Positions 13,701 to 24,999 of a stretch of DNA of 64,000 bases are shown here, one piece after another (positions within the stretch are counted from its first letter, which is position 1; every line of letters starts with the position of its first letter). Location: NCBI GenBank assembly GCA_051047955.1, contig JBPGPT010000024.1, forward strand, positions 1-64,000, written 5' to 3'. A program made the position numbers and the translations under genes. The notes below the pieces were generated by a model. That model was not told the DNA's origin. It searched no databases and saw only the letters and a list, made by a program, of their open reading frames with translations. This DNA comes from Cystobasidiomycetes sp. EMM_F5 (lineage: Eukaryota).

Positions 13701-16015
13701 CGGAAGCCGAGAGTATCGACGAAATACCTGAAGTAGCTCTGGAGGAGAATGTGCACCTTTTACCGGAGAATTTCGTTTGGGACATGATTGACGGTGGGAC
13801 CTCCATCGGTCAGAACCCAGAGCGAGAAGTGCGTGAGATTTATGATGGCAAAGACAAACCCAAACCTCGCAAGCGATTCCGACGCGGCAGGCGGACTTTA
13901 CCCATCAATGGTGAGGACGGCAAGCAGGGTATAAAAGGGCTCGATACGGCATCGACGGATCATTTCGATCATACGACTGCTGCTGCAGGCGACGACGGCG
14001 AAGATCTGTTCGAAGACGATGATCATGAGGAGGCTGATAAGTCGTCCAATAGCACGTTGAGGGACGACGAACATCAAGATAGTGGTTCATCCCCAACAGC
14101 TACAACAGTCCATACTGGAGTAGTCTTCCCACCATCTACTTCAAGTAATGCACCCTCGACAAAGATGCCGTATGAGCAGCCGCCTCGCATCGATGAGCGA
14201 AAACGCACCATCTCGTCTCCCGCATCCGCTTTCGAGCGCCTTGAAAAGCTTGAATCCCCCGTTGCTTTGCACAACAATCATCTCCTAAGACCAGGCTTAC
14301 ACCATCATGCTTCCAGTCAGCCGATCTTACAGCATGCAGTTCCGCTCCATGGTACAGGTTCGAGCTTGGTCAATCGTAAATTATGCGAGCAAGTCTTCCG
14401 AGAGGTTTTTGCAACACCCAAGAATAGTCGTCCCAGCACTCCTTCGGGACAACGGAATCTGCCATGGCAAGATGGTAACCCTCGCAGGCACAAGAGTCGC
14501 TTCACTTCTGCAGCCTCCATGGACTCCACAGATCTTCATAACACTATGCGGATGTCGACATCGCACTCTCCAGAAGGCAACAGATACTTAGCGCCAGCGT
14601 CCCGCGATGCATCATCGTACACAGAACAGCTAGAAAATAAGTTTGGACAAGCATCCGATAAGCACAAGCTCAAAGCGACAAACTCATTCCGCAAGAGCCG
14701 CAGTGATTCCTCCCTTTCAAACATGCTTCGTGATGCTGAAGATGGAGAATCTGCCAAAGCGGAGCGACGAGCAGAGAGGTCTGAGGATATGTTCCACATG
14801 GATGAAGACCAAGACGGCTCCGCACAGCTACTGAGCCTCGGATCTCCAGGCCACGAGAATGTTCCGGTCCTAAGCAGCTTGCCACGAATTGTCACAGGCA
14901 CAACTCCGAGTACTCCTGCGCCAGGTTCTCCTAGTCGGTCCTTGAGGAGTGGTCGTCCAGCCTTCTCGAGACGAGGCACAGGTCAGGCAGGGCTTGGGAC
15001 GCCTCGTGAGAGAAGTAGCTCGCCCATCAGACAGGAAAAATTCCTACTCATGGAAGACCTGACAGGAAGCCTCAAAAGCCCTTGCGTCCTTGATCTCAAA
15101 ATGGGAACGAGACAGTACGGCGTTGACGCAACACCGGAAAAAAAGAAGAGTCAGACCAAAAAGTGCGACAAGACGACAAGCCGCACTCTCGGTGTACGCA
15201 TTTGCGGTCTTCAGGTGAGATTACGTTCTTGCACGTACCTGGCGCCTATCCTGGATTACTGAACTTTTTATCATCATCAGGTCTATAAGCCGGCAGAGCA
15301 GCGATATGTGTTCCAGGACAAATATTATGGCCGCAAAGTCGCAACTGATGACTTCGCAGCGGCCCTTGCTTCTTTCCTTGACGATGGGCAGCATATTCTG
15401 ACCCATCATATCCCTCGCATACTGCAAAAGTTGTGCCGTCTGGCAGCAATAGTACGCAAGCTCCCTCGATGGCGTTTCTATGCAGCCAGTCTTCTGCTCA
15501 TTTACGATGGGGATGCCGAAGTACAAGCGGCGTATGCTGACCGGCAATGGGCGAGATGGTTTGCTGGGGAAACGCTTCCACCTCTTGATCAAGGCAATCT
15601 CGAACCTGGCGAACTCAATATACGTCTAATTGACTTTGCACACTGTACGACTGGTGACGATTTCCTGCCCGTTCTGGCTCCTGGCCAATCTGAGGATCCT
15701 GCACTGCTTCAAACGCTTGGCGACACCATCCCGAGGGCGCGATTTCCCCCAGTACATGCCGACGAACCTGATGTCGGCTTCTTGCTCGGTCTGCAGAGCT
15801 TATGCAACGCTTTCCGTAGATCTTGGAATGAAGATCGACAGCGCCGTTTAGCCCTCAATCCCGCCGACGACATTGGCCATCTAAGCATCCCGGACAAGCG
15901 GGTTTTCGACTGCTCTCTCACGAAACAAGCGGCTGCTGCTGCTGCTGACAAAGCAAACGCGCTTCAACCGCGAGAAACTGGCGCCGACCTCCTCAAACGA
16001 CCTTCATCAAACTAG
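10766..16015 (+). CDS. KCS1: Inositol hexakisphosphate/polyphosphate kinase (Kcs1-like) with a very long disordered N-terminus
   Basis: LKPFKNQVGGHN..FRFS, FLLMEDLT..LKSPCVLDLKMGTRQYG, FQDKYYGR, RFYAASLLLIYDG, IRLIDFAH. Introns 13213-13278 and ~15214-15280. Start codon uncertain (10766 or 10847). Confidence 0.92.
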
Positions 16016-16636
16016 AAATACTCTTTCGTCCCTGCTGTCTGTCGAGCTCATTCATACCACTTTCACACCTTCTATCTGCATATCTCGATATGCATCTGGC
16101 CGAGCCACTTGTAGCATCAGCTGACAAGCAATACATTCCGCGATAGATGTACAAATACCTCTCATCTAATGTAGCAATAGCTTGGCAGTCATGAGCCTGC
16201 AACATTTGTATCGTAGCCTGATTTGTAGTAGACTTTCAAAGTTTGTAGCAATACTTTTTTCTGGCTCAACGGTTTCGTTCGTGATTATTGGGGTTTGCAT
16301 TGATTTGGTTTGAAACATGTACAGAGCGTCGGAAGAATCGATTTGGAATGATACTGCTACATGAGAGCGCGCGAGGATATCGCTGCGGAATGCGTGCTAC
16401 AACACTGCTAATTGCTGATACGTAGAGGAAGCACAGCCTGGTCGAAAAGCACAGTGCAATTTGAGGCCGCATTTGCGATGCGCCAGAGGCATTTGCGAAG
16501 ATGACGGCAGGGAATCTTCCTGCCTGATGTATGCCTCATATTGCAGAGAAGAGAAAGATTTGCAGTTGGTATAATGAGCGCGAGAGACATTTGGGCGCCT
16601 GCGCGTGATCGTCTGCGCAGCTAATATGCATTATGG

Positions 16637-19432
16637 TTATACCACGGCAACGCGTTTCTTTGTTTGCCGTTTGACGACCACTTTAGGTTTTCCCGCTGCC
16701 GTTCTCACAGTTTTTGGCGACGTTGTCGCGAGAAGATGTTGCTTTGCGAAGAGTTTCGGGACAGAGAATGACGAGACATGGGGTGCAGTGCGAGGAGAGG
16801 TATATTCTTCTGCTTCAAAATCCTCAAAATCCACATCACCCAATGCCATTTCTTCGTTGTCGACGTCGATATCGAAATTGTCTGGTGAGGAATCACCTCT
16901 CGAATCGTCGTGCACATATCGATGCGATGCGGAAGAGGAAGAAGGGACAAAGTCAAGTAGGAATCGATCGGCATGGATGTCTTCTTGTTCGTCTGGAAGT
17001 GTTGCTCGTGACTCCGGCGAAGAAGCAGACGGAGAAGAGGAAGAAAATGCTAAATCTGTATCCTGTTCTGTTCCTTCTTCATCCTCCGTCTCAGAACCAT
17101 TGTCATTTGTCAGCACCTTTATCTCGGTTCCGTTCGGTCTCGTGTCACGAAAGAGAGGGAAGAATTTCAGTCCCCGCGCAGGGTTCGACGTTGCACTCGG
17201 ATCGATATTCAGTGATCCATGCTCCTCCGATGTCTCCTTCGCTGGTTCGGCAATCCCGCTTGTGACGCCAGTCATTCTCAAGCTTGTAAAGGCGTTTCTG
17301 AAACTGAACATCGGACTTCTTGATCGAGGCGTAGGCATTGGTGTAACTTCGTCATGGTCTGTTATGTCTACCGAAACTGAATTTGTCGGAGAATCAGTAC
17401 TGCTCTTTGGGCTACTTACCCTGGACGAAGAGGCTGAATGTACAGCAGGTGAGGCATCGGAAGACGAGAGTGGAATGGGACGAGGCAGAGCCTGCTGCTG
17501 AGGAGGAGAAAAAAGCATAGGAAGGGGCAAGGTGCGCCCATGAGGCGTCGTATGCTTTGACCCAGGACGCGAAGAATTTGGTGAGATGGGCGGCGTGGAA
17601 CTGTGAATTGGCTTAATACTACCGTTGGAGGAAGAGCGAGAGCGAGGTGCTTCAGGAATGATAATTGTGTTGCCAGACTGCAAAACAGGTGATGGCTTTG
17701 GCAGGTCTTTGGACGGCGTAGGGTCATGCACTGGACTAGAGGCTTTGTTGTGATGTATGTGTGACGTGAAAGCAGCAGATCTATCGGCAGCCATACGAGA
17801 TCTGCCGCGGTCGTCGTCGTCCTCGATTTTATTTTGCGGTGATCCGCTATCATGGCTATTGGGTGATATCGGAGCGGACGCAGTCACCGACCTGTGCTTT
17901 TTCGTCTTCTTGGGAGGAAGGACGAGCTGCGTAAATGACATCAGAAATGGCTTTTTGCACACCTTGTAGATTAAACGCACCTCTTCCAGTGTAACGCCAA
18001 GCGGTCGCTTCTCGACGACATTCCCATTCGCATCGTACGATATTGTCACATCGTCACCGAGTTTAGTCTTTGACTTTCGCTTCCCCCTCTTCCTGCTCTC
18101 GCTCCCATCATTCCCGCACGGCACGCCTACCTCTTCGTCATCGAGCAAGCCGTCCCTTGGATACCTCTCCACCGCATCGCTGTTATTGCTTGTATCGCTA
18201 AAGCTATCCTCTTCCTCTTCTTCATACTCGTCGTCATCGTCATCACTCTGGTCGCCCACTCTCATCTTGCCCTTGAGCAAATTAGTCCTCCCTTTGACTC
18301 CCATTGCAAACGAAAACACAGGCGTCCTGCCCCTCGCTTGCTCGAGATCGATCTTGTCGGGCAATGGAGCGAATCGAATCGAGGACGTCCGAGAGGCGTT
18401 GGATGTAGTGGATGAACAGGTACAGGCGGTACTAGCGAGCGAAGAGATGGAAATCTGACGCTGTAGAGGCGCATGCGTCCGAAAAGGTAAGCAAGATAGA
18501 CTGCGGGTTGATTGTGTACGGGCGGTGTATGGACTGCGTGGGGGAGACGTCGATGAAATGGGATTTGCGGCGTCGACTGAAATGACTGGTGGCAATGCAG
18601 CTGCATGACAGACAGGGCTTGGGCTGACTTCCTCGGAGTGGGCAAGTGTACCATCATTCATCCGCAAATTTGTCTGTGTGTCATTGTCACTTGATGTATT
18701 GCCATTGTCAGTTGCTTTTGTGTACGTATTCTCGTGATCGAGACTTGGAAGTGACAGGGTCGTCAGGTCATGTGGGAGTTGACGCGGGTGCGAAGACTTT
18801 GCGGATGTTGAAGTGCGGGTATACGATTCGACACTGATGTATGCATCACTGTCGTTGTTGTATTCTCCAGAATGAATCTGTTGCGGATGCAGATGGGTTG
18901 CCGTTTCGAGTGGAGTCAGAGACACGGGATCTGGAGTATGAGTTCGACTGTGCGGACAAGACTCTGTCCTCTGCAGTGGGTTGATTGCTTCGTGCAGGAC
19001 GTGCGGGTTCTCCTCCCTCCAAGTCTCCCTGTCTCGAAACTGCCCAAAAGCGGTGTGGTGTACGTTTCTCTTGTTTAGCAGGCGTAGGAGATTGGACGAG
19101 TCTACGTGTTTGGGAAGGTATTTGAGAAGCGGAGCGAGTAGATTTACAGCGTCGTTGGCAGTCTCTGGAGCCTCGTCGGGGTCTGTATGACTTGACGGAT
19201 GGACCAGGATGGATCGAGGAACGAAGGACGGGTCCGGCGTGGGTATATGCGATGAAGTCGAGGCTGCGCGATGCCGTGAGACTGACGAAGTATTCACTCT
19301 CTTCCCACTCCCGCTCCCGCTCGTCGAAGCAGCTCTTCTGCTCGAGGCTGCCCGTCTGTTGTGACCATTCGACATGGACGGCGACGACGTCGGATACCCC
19401 GAGTTGGGCGAGACTGGCTGGCCTGCAGGCAT
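16637..19432 (-). CDS. Large Ser/Pro-rich disordered protein with SIRFAPLP...MGVKGR motif; function unknown
   Basis: 931-codon uninterrupted ATG-initiated ORF with low-complexity composition typical of fungal disordered proteins. Confidence 0.75.
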   Translation of the reverse strand: MPAGQPVSPNSGYPTSSPSMSNGHNRRAASSRRAASTSGSGSGKRVNTSSVSRHRAASTSSHIPTPDPSFVPRSILVHPSSHTDPDEAPETANDAVNLLAPLLKYLPKHVDSSNLLRLLNKRNVHHTAFGQFRDRETWREENPHVLHEAINPLQRTESCPHSRTHTPDPVSLTPLETATHLHPQQIHSGEYNNDSDAYISVESYTRTSTSAKSSHPRQLPHDLTTLSLPSLDHENTYTKATDNGNTSSDNDTQTNLRMNDGTLAHSEEVSPSPVCHAAALPPVISVDAANPISSTSPPRSPYTARTQSTRSLSCLPFRTHAPLQRQISISSLASTACTCSSTTSNASRTSSIRFAPLPDKIDLEQARGRTPVFSFAMGVKGRTNLLKGKMRVGDQSDDDDDEYEEEEEDSFSDTSNNSDAVERYPRDGLLDDEEVGVPCGNDGSESRKRGKRKSKTKLGDDVTISYDANGNVVEKRPLGVTLEEVRLIYKVCKKPFLMSFTQLVLPPKKTKKHRSVTASAPISPNSHDSGSPQNKIEDDDDRGRSRMAADRSAAFTSHIHHNKASSPVHDPTPSKDLPKPSPVLQSGNTIIIPEAPRSRSSSNGSIKPIHSSTPPISPNSSRPGSKHTTPHGRTLPLPMLFSPPQQQALPRPIPLSSSDASPAVHSASSSRVSSPKSSTDSPTNSVSVDITDHDEVTPMPTPRSRSPMFSFRNAFTSLRMTGVTSGIAEPAKETSEEHGSLNIDPSATSNPARGLKFFPLFRDTRPNGTEIKVLTNDNGSETEDEEGTEQDTDLAFSSSSPSASSPESRATLPDEQEDIHADRFLLDFVPSSSSASHRYVHDDSRGDSSPDNFDIDVDNEEMALGDVDFEDFEAEEYTSPRTAPHVSSFSVPKLFAKQHLLATTSPKTVRTAAGKPKVVVKRQTKKRVAVV

Positions 19433-19670
19433 GTTGGCTGATTACACTCACGCAGTCATTGCAGCCATATCATCATATATCATGCTGGCCAGTCTGTTGC
19501 ATGGCCGCCGCTCTGCATAGCTCGAGGTCAAAGTTGAGCCTGAAAGTGGGCAGGTGGGTCGAGCAGCGCTTAGTCAGCACAGTAATGACCGGCATATTTC
19601 CCGGCAAATCGCGGCAATCAACTTGGACAACAGGGATAAAGGTGTAACTTGTGCTTCCTTTCTTTTCTCA

Positions 19671-19980
19671 CTAACCAGACCTCTCGCAGTAGCTGGAGGA
19701 GGTGCACGTCTCGGGAGCAGACATCTCGAGGCACGGGAAATAGCAGTAGTACTGAAAGACATGCACGATATGTAATCAGCCTCGAAGCGTGTGCGCTGAC
19801 CCTCGTACGCTCATTTCTGCAACAAGCTCCACTTACACCCTCTCCGCAATCTGAATCCTCCATACAATCGGTCTGGATGGCATCGGTGGGGCGTATGGCT
19901 GATGACAAGAGCATGACGAGTACAAGGCTGAGCGTGCTGAGTGCGGTGAGAGTGGTGATGATAGGAGACGGTGACGGCAT
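19671..19980 (-). CDS. Small secreted cysteine-rich (knottin-like) peptide, 86 aa, two exons
   Basis: Exon1 19980-19801, intron 19800-19752 (gtcagc...ctgat...tttcag), exon2 19751-19671. Product: MPSPSPIITTLTALSTLSLVLVMLLSSAIRPTDA/IQTDCMEDSDCGEGVSGACCRNERTRYYCYFPCLEMSAPETCTSSSYCERSG*. Confidence 0.75.
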
Positions 19981-20309
19981 GCTGATGCGCGTTTTGGATT
20001 GGAATTGAGATGGAATGGCTGTACGTGGAACGGGATGTTGGTAAAGTAGATGTAGTAGGCCGGCTGAATTGACAGAAGTAAACAGGGCATGAGTGATCAC
20101 GCCTGAAATACAAATCAGCTACATTGCCGAGAAGATTCCCTTTGAACTGTCGATGGCGGTCGCGGGCACCGTCCGAGGGGCAATAATACATAGCATGGCA
20201 CCAGGAAAAACGGAAACGGACTGGAACAATCTCTTATTGCGCAGAAATTGATAACAGACTCAAAACGGATGATCTGATGCTGACTGATGCCACGAGGTCA
20301 TCCATTGTG

Positions 20310-20699
20310 CTAACAGTCGTCTAGCCAATGATCTCTCATTGTCACAAGGTCGCGGACGACTGGGATGCGCTGGCCGATCCGGCGCCGTTTAGAGTCTCGC
20401 CATTTCTGCCACGCTTTGACTTCAGCCTGCACTCCTACCATGTCTCTTGCGAAGAGCGTGCTATCGCCAGTACTTCGTCGGCGAATGGCAGCTGGAGCAG
20501 AAGTTTGTCGCGAGTCAAAGGACCCAACATTGACCGATTGTCGTCGTGACTCTGGAAGGGTATCGAACCTGACAGAATTGGTGCGATCAGGTCGTGTCAA
20601 ATTTACGGGAGCTACTGAAACGGAAGCGCTTGCAGTGTTGAGAGGCTGCACGACCACTTTTCCGCTGAGTCGAGGCCTGCTGAGGAAGCGCGTTGCCAT
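20310..20699 (-). CDS. Small basic protein (~129 aa) with SVRFDTLPESRRQSVNVG motif; function unknown
   Basis: ATG at 20699; shares a two-part motif with the 25000-26657 protein and the first part with the 16637-19432 protein. Confidence 0.55.
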   Translation of the reverse strand: MATRFLSRPRLSGKVVVQPLNTASASVSVAPVNLTRPDRTNSVRFDTLPESRRQSVNVGSFDSRQTSAPAAIRRRSTGDSTLFARDMVGVQAEVKAWQKWRDSKRRRIGQRIPVVRDLVTMRDHWLDDC

Positions 20700-21074
20700 G
20701 TTTCGCACTGCGACAAACTAGACGCGACGTGACGCTAGAGTGGCACTTGAATCAAGATGCATCAGAGTCCACCCAAATTGCTTTATCGCACCGCAATTTT
20801 CTAAGGCTGTGGTCGGATAGGGCACTGCAATTGACAGCATTGCATACTTGAGACCACCCAGACAGCTCTTATGTTGTAATGAGCGAATGTGCGCATAGCA
20901 GCGGTCAGCGACATCTCATCGCAACGCCTCCACCTTGGATCCCGGATCGAGCTCTCACTCGCTTCATCGTGGAGAGGTCTTTGTCAGCTTGCACGAATTA
21001 AAAGCCAAGTGGATCTTATGAAGCTGTCCTTGATATGAAGTGCCCACTTTACAGGAGGGACTCGGTGACCGATA

Positions 21075-21126
21075 AGGCAGAGCGTCATTCCCAGTTCAGA
21101 GGCAGAGCGTCATTCCCAATCCAGAG
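21075..21126. repeat. 25-bp tandem duplication
   Basis: aggcagagcgtcattcccagttcag / aggcagagcgtcattcccaatccag. Confidence 0.85.
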
Positions 21127-21686
21127 TTGCGCCAGATCTTCCGAAAACAAGGTCGCACTCCGTCCAACACGGTGCTCTTTCAGATACTAGCTTTTGGCAC
21201 AGCTGCTTCTCGCTTCATCAAGGGAATCTGAGGCTGACCGGATGGCTCGAGCTTCAGCCGCAGCCAACGATTATGAACGCATGCGCATCGAGTCAGTAAG
21301 GGTATGAGGTCAAACCAATCATACATACGCGTTGCCCGTTGTATGCCGCAGCTGTACGGCTGCATCCGTACTTAATCGCGTAGATCGATGTGGCCCTGTC
21401 CAGGGCGAGTCAGGTCCACGTTGCAGACGGCATATTGTTAATTATAGCCATGTCACCTCCCTGATATCCGTGACCTCGGAAGCACTTCGCTGCAGCTGAT
21501 ACGTTCGGCCGTTCGGAGCCTTTGCTATCAGCTGGATAGCTAGGCACAGCGGCACGGGACGCCGCTTTCTCGTTGAAAAGGGCCAGCTGCGATGTTTGCT
21601 TCTGCTCCTGCTAACGACTCCTTTGGCGAGATTTAGAAACCAGAGTTACCTGGTGCTGCAATCTTCTCTAGACCAACCAACAGAGA

Positions 21687-22428
21687 ATGGGCGTAACAAG
21701 CTCAGTGTTCAGCAGCACCGTGTCACCCGGCCAAAATTGCGGCGGGGCCTCAACGACCGCCACCAGCTATAATGCTTTCCCGCCGCCTGCCACTACCTTA
21801 ACATCAACCACATACTACGTCGTGACAACCGTCTGCGATCGTCAGAATGCTTGCTATTATAACGCAAACGGTCCCGGTCCCGGCACATGTGCGTCACTCT
21901 CTTGCCGTAAAGCCATTGCACTGAAGCGAAATCCTCCCTGTAGGCGGCGTCAGCACATTTGCCGACCTGTGCGGGCCTGGCTCGTCATGCTCCATAGGCT
22001 CAACTTGCTTCACAACTGACTACGGCAACGGTTACGGTGCTGTAAGTAGCTGTTCTCGGACCGGGACCATGGGTGCAAGAGGACCGGGCCGCGTCAAGCG
22101 ACAGATGCATCAAGTCGCTCTCGGAGCATGCCGAGCAGGTACCACTACGTGCCCTGGACACTATGCTTCCGCTTGCATCGATCTACAAACCAATCTGGAG
22201 AATTGCGGAGCTTGCGGGAATGATTGTTCAGCAGTGGACGGCGGACTCGGCTCAATGATATGCATTGCTGGGAAGTGTATGGCCACCCATCAAATTCCCG
22301 CGTCATTGGTTGTACCTGCTAGAGCTCCGGCAAAAATTCAGCCTGAGCGCGGCACACTGTCTGCGGACCTACCGCATCCAAAGACACGCAGGGGGAAGAA
22401 GAGCAAAGTTAAGAAGCGTAGCTCGTGA
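21687..22428 (+). CDS. Cys-rich protein with PriA/Cpl1-like (STIG1-like) C-terminal domain; 5' end unresolved
   Basis: Intron ~21889-21943 joins TVCDRQNACYY..GT to CGVSTFADLCGPGSSCSIGSTC. A KR site follows, then CPG...CIDLQTNLENCGACGNDC......ICIAGKC. No signal peptide found upstream. Confidence 0.65.
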
Positions 22429-23468
22429 ACATACGTGACAGAGCCTGCTTGGTATTGGGAGATTGTAGGAAATTGGAGGATTTGGGAAGGTCGGAAAGAA
22501 TAAGTCGGGAGGGAGGAGCTTGGTGTCTTATTCATATGGACTGCGCAGCCGCTTGGCATGCTACGGACGCGCTTTTTAAGCATCAGCAAGTGATATCAGT
22601 AGATGCGCATACTAACATTGTCGCTTTCAATTTTGCATTTCGTTAACATCGTAAGGTCAGGCTCGTGTGTTGTCGATGGAGCCAACTGACGTTCGAGACA
22701 TCATTGACTGCGTCCTGCTTTACCACCCGCCCGTCTTTGCGCATAAAATAAGCATGGGCTGTAGCCCATAAAGTGAATAGCTTGCTACAACCCGTGAAGG
22801 GTCGAGTAATCCAGAGAGCTTTCTATCTCTAGAATTGATCGCATCGCATATTTCAAAGGGGGACAGTACTGGCCCAATCGCATGCCAGCCCTGCGCACAC
22901 TAGATGTTTGCCATTTAGCATACTTCCGCTGTGCAGCATCGCCGCCAGCAATCATCTGCATTGTCGTATTACTGTTTTCAGTGCCGGCCCTGCGCATGTT
23001 GCCAACAGGGCGAGTAGTTTGCGCCGCGGGAGAGGGTGCGGGCGTAGATACGACGGGAGGATTAGCAGTAGAAGTAGGCCGTGGCTGCGGTGTAGGTGAT
23101 TGTGTCCTGCTTGCACGATGACCGCACAGACAGGATAGGTGGCGACGATGAGACATAGTGGGCAAGACTGCTGAGCGGTTTAGATGTGGGTAAATGGGAG
23201 TGAGCGAGTGTGATTCCAGACGAGTCATGCTAGCATTCGCGGTTTCTGCGGAACTTAATGCCAAGCAGGGCTGTGCGTAATTCATCAAATGCACTGCACT
23301 ACGTATGGGGAGGTGAGAAAGGGAGTCTGGCCCGCTACTCCTTACACCATGTGAACATGTATACTGTACGGCACAAATAAACGTCATATTGTATACGATT
23401 CTCCCAAGTCAAAGTCTCGCGACCGTTCACCCGGGTGACAAGCTCCGGAAAACCAGTGCGAAGCCTGT

Positions 23469-24116
23469 TCATGCGTAGTGGCTAAAGTGACTGGTGTGTA
23501 CTGCTTCTTGGTCATGTAAGACTCGGTAGCTGTAGTCCGCGCAATCAACGTGTGTAGCAATGCTGAATTTGGTAGGCGACCGTTGGAGAGTGCCCTTGGA
23601 CGGACCATCGGAACCGATGCCAGCCAGATGCACGATCCACTCGATGTCGTTTGCTTCGGTAGCCAAGTATGCCATGACGCCCTCATTGTCTTCGTGTTGA
23701 CCGATGAAGGACCGAGCGATGGTATTGCGGATAGTCCATAGCAACCAGGAAAGTTGACCATTGTACGGCTTGCTTAGACCTCCAGCTTGATACAGGAACC
23801 GACGGACGTTGTGCTTGCGCATAGCGGGCACCAGCCTTTGGAAGAATGCGGTATTGATCTTTGCACTTTGTTGTGCTACTCTGTCGCCTAGCATGGAGAC
23901 GACATAGTCGACGCCGTTGACAAGAGCATCGGTATCAATGTTTGCGTCTGTGATGGACCCTTGTACAACTTGGAGATTCTCGCTCGTTGCGGTGAGCTTT
24001 GACGGCGTCCTTACGAACGCTCGGACTTTGTGACCGTCCTTGAGTGCCTGCGCGACAAAATGCTTGCCTGTGCCGCCTGTTGCTCCCAGAACGAGATAGG
24101 TGAATTGCTGAGACAT
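23469..24116 (-). CDS. Intronless NAD(P)-binding Rossmann protein (NAD_binding_10 / flavin reductase-BVR-B-like)
   Basis: YLVLGATGGTGKHFVAQALKDGHKVRAFVRTPSKL; VDYVVSMLG; AMRKHNVRRFLYQAG; 215 aa without interruption. Confidence 0.9.
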   Translation of the reverse strand: MSQQFTYLVLGATGGTGKHFVAQALKDGHKVRAFVRTPSKLTATSENLQVVQGSITDANIDTDALVNGVDYVVSMLGDRVAQQSAKINTAFFQRLVPAMRKHNVRRFLYQAGGLSKPYNGQLSWLLWTIRNTIARSFIGQHEDNEGVMAYLATEANDIEWIVHLAGIGSDGPSKGTLQRSPTKFSIATHVDCADYSYRVLHDQEAVHTSHFSHYA

Positions 24117-24999
24117 TATTGAAAACGTTACGAATGTCTGACGATGCGCGCGATGTTGTGGGCTGATAGTGGCTGACGTCGACTTCTTCAAGCTGGGCTG
24201 GCAGAGACTCGGTGATTAGTGATGACAAGACTCGCTTCGCTTCGCCGCCAGTGCAACATCTTCAGGCAAATAAGCCTTTATCCCGAATTTGAGCGAGGTT
24301 GCGCGTGTCATCGGCAGAGCCATCCGGCAGAACGGGATACTGTCAAGAATGGAATACCGTCACGGAAAGGAATCATCTCAAGCCTAAACTGAAGATGAAC
24401 AAACAGCAGACGAGAGTTCCGCTCCCATTATATACAACGAGGCTACCGATCGTTGCAAGGATATCCTCGACGCAAATACTGAAATGGCGCTCTCTGGGTT
24501 TCATGTCCTCCTCAAGAGTCAGGAAACTCCCATTCCGCCGTTTCGTCTGTCCGACAGCACAACTATCTTGGAGGTAATCCAGCCTTTAGCAATTGAGCAA
24601 ACCTTACTCCACATCGTGACGCATGTCGGGCTAGCGATCGGGACGGGACGCAGCGGACCGTCTTCATCAGCCACTGTGGACTGGCTTAAGGGCTTGTGGT
24701 TGAGCAGGAGTGTTTGGTTTCCTATCCCCAAACGTGAGCAGCCGATACTGACGAGTTTGAGATTTATACGATGGTTGCCGACTCTATAAACCACTTGGGA
24801 TGACACCTTGCTCGACAGGCTGTAGTGATGATCAACCTTGTTGACTGTGTAAGGGGAACGTGGCCAGTATCACTAATCATAGGTTAGTTGACCACAGAAA
24901 TATGTAGTGCTCGAGGCTCCGGAAGACGGATGGGAGGACAGCGAACAAGTGGAGCTTCCGGACCGTAACGATGCGTACTTTGATGGCACTGGCCACCAT

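Noticed and set aside
16605..17501. 298-aa plus-strand ORF and similar long antisense ORFs (e.g. 25673-26281, 43081-43773)
   Set aside because: Antisense shadows of real coding sequence; no independent protein features.
21075..21126. Direct repeat as a CRISPR, LTR or target-site duplication
   Set aside because: Only two adjacent units with no spacer or intervening element; eukaryotic context.
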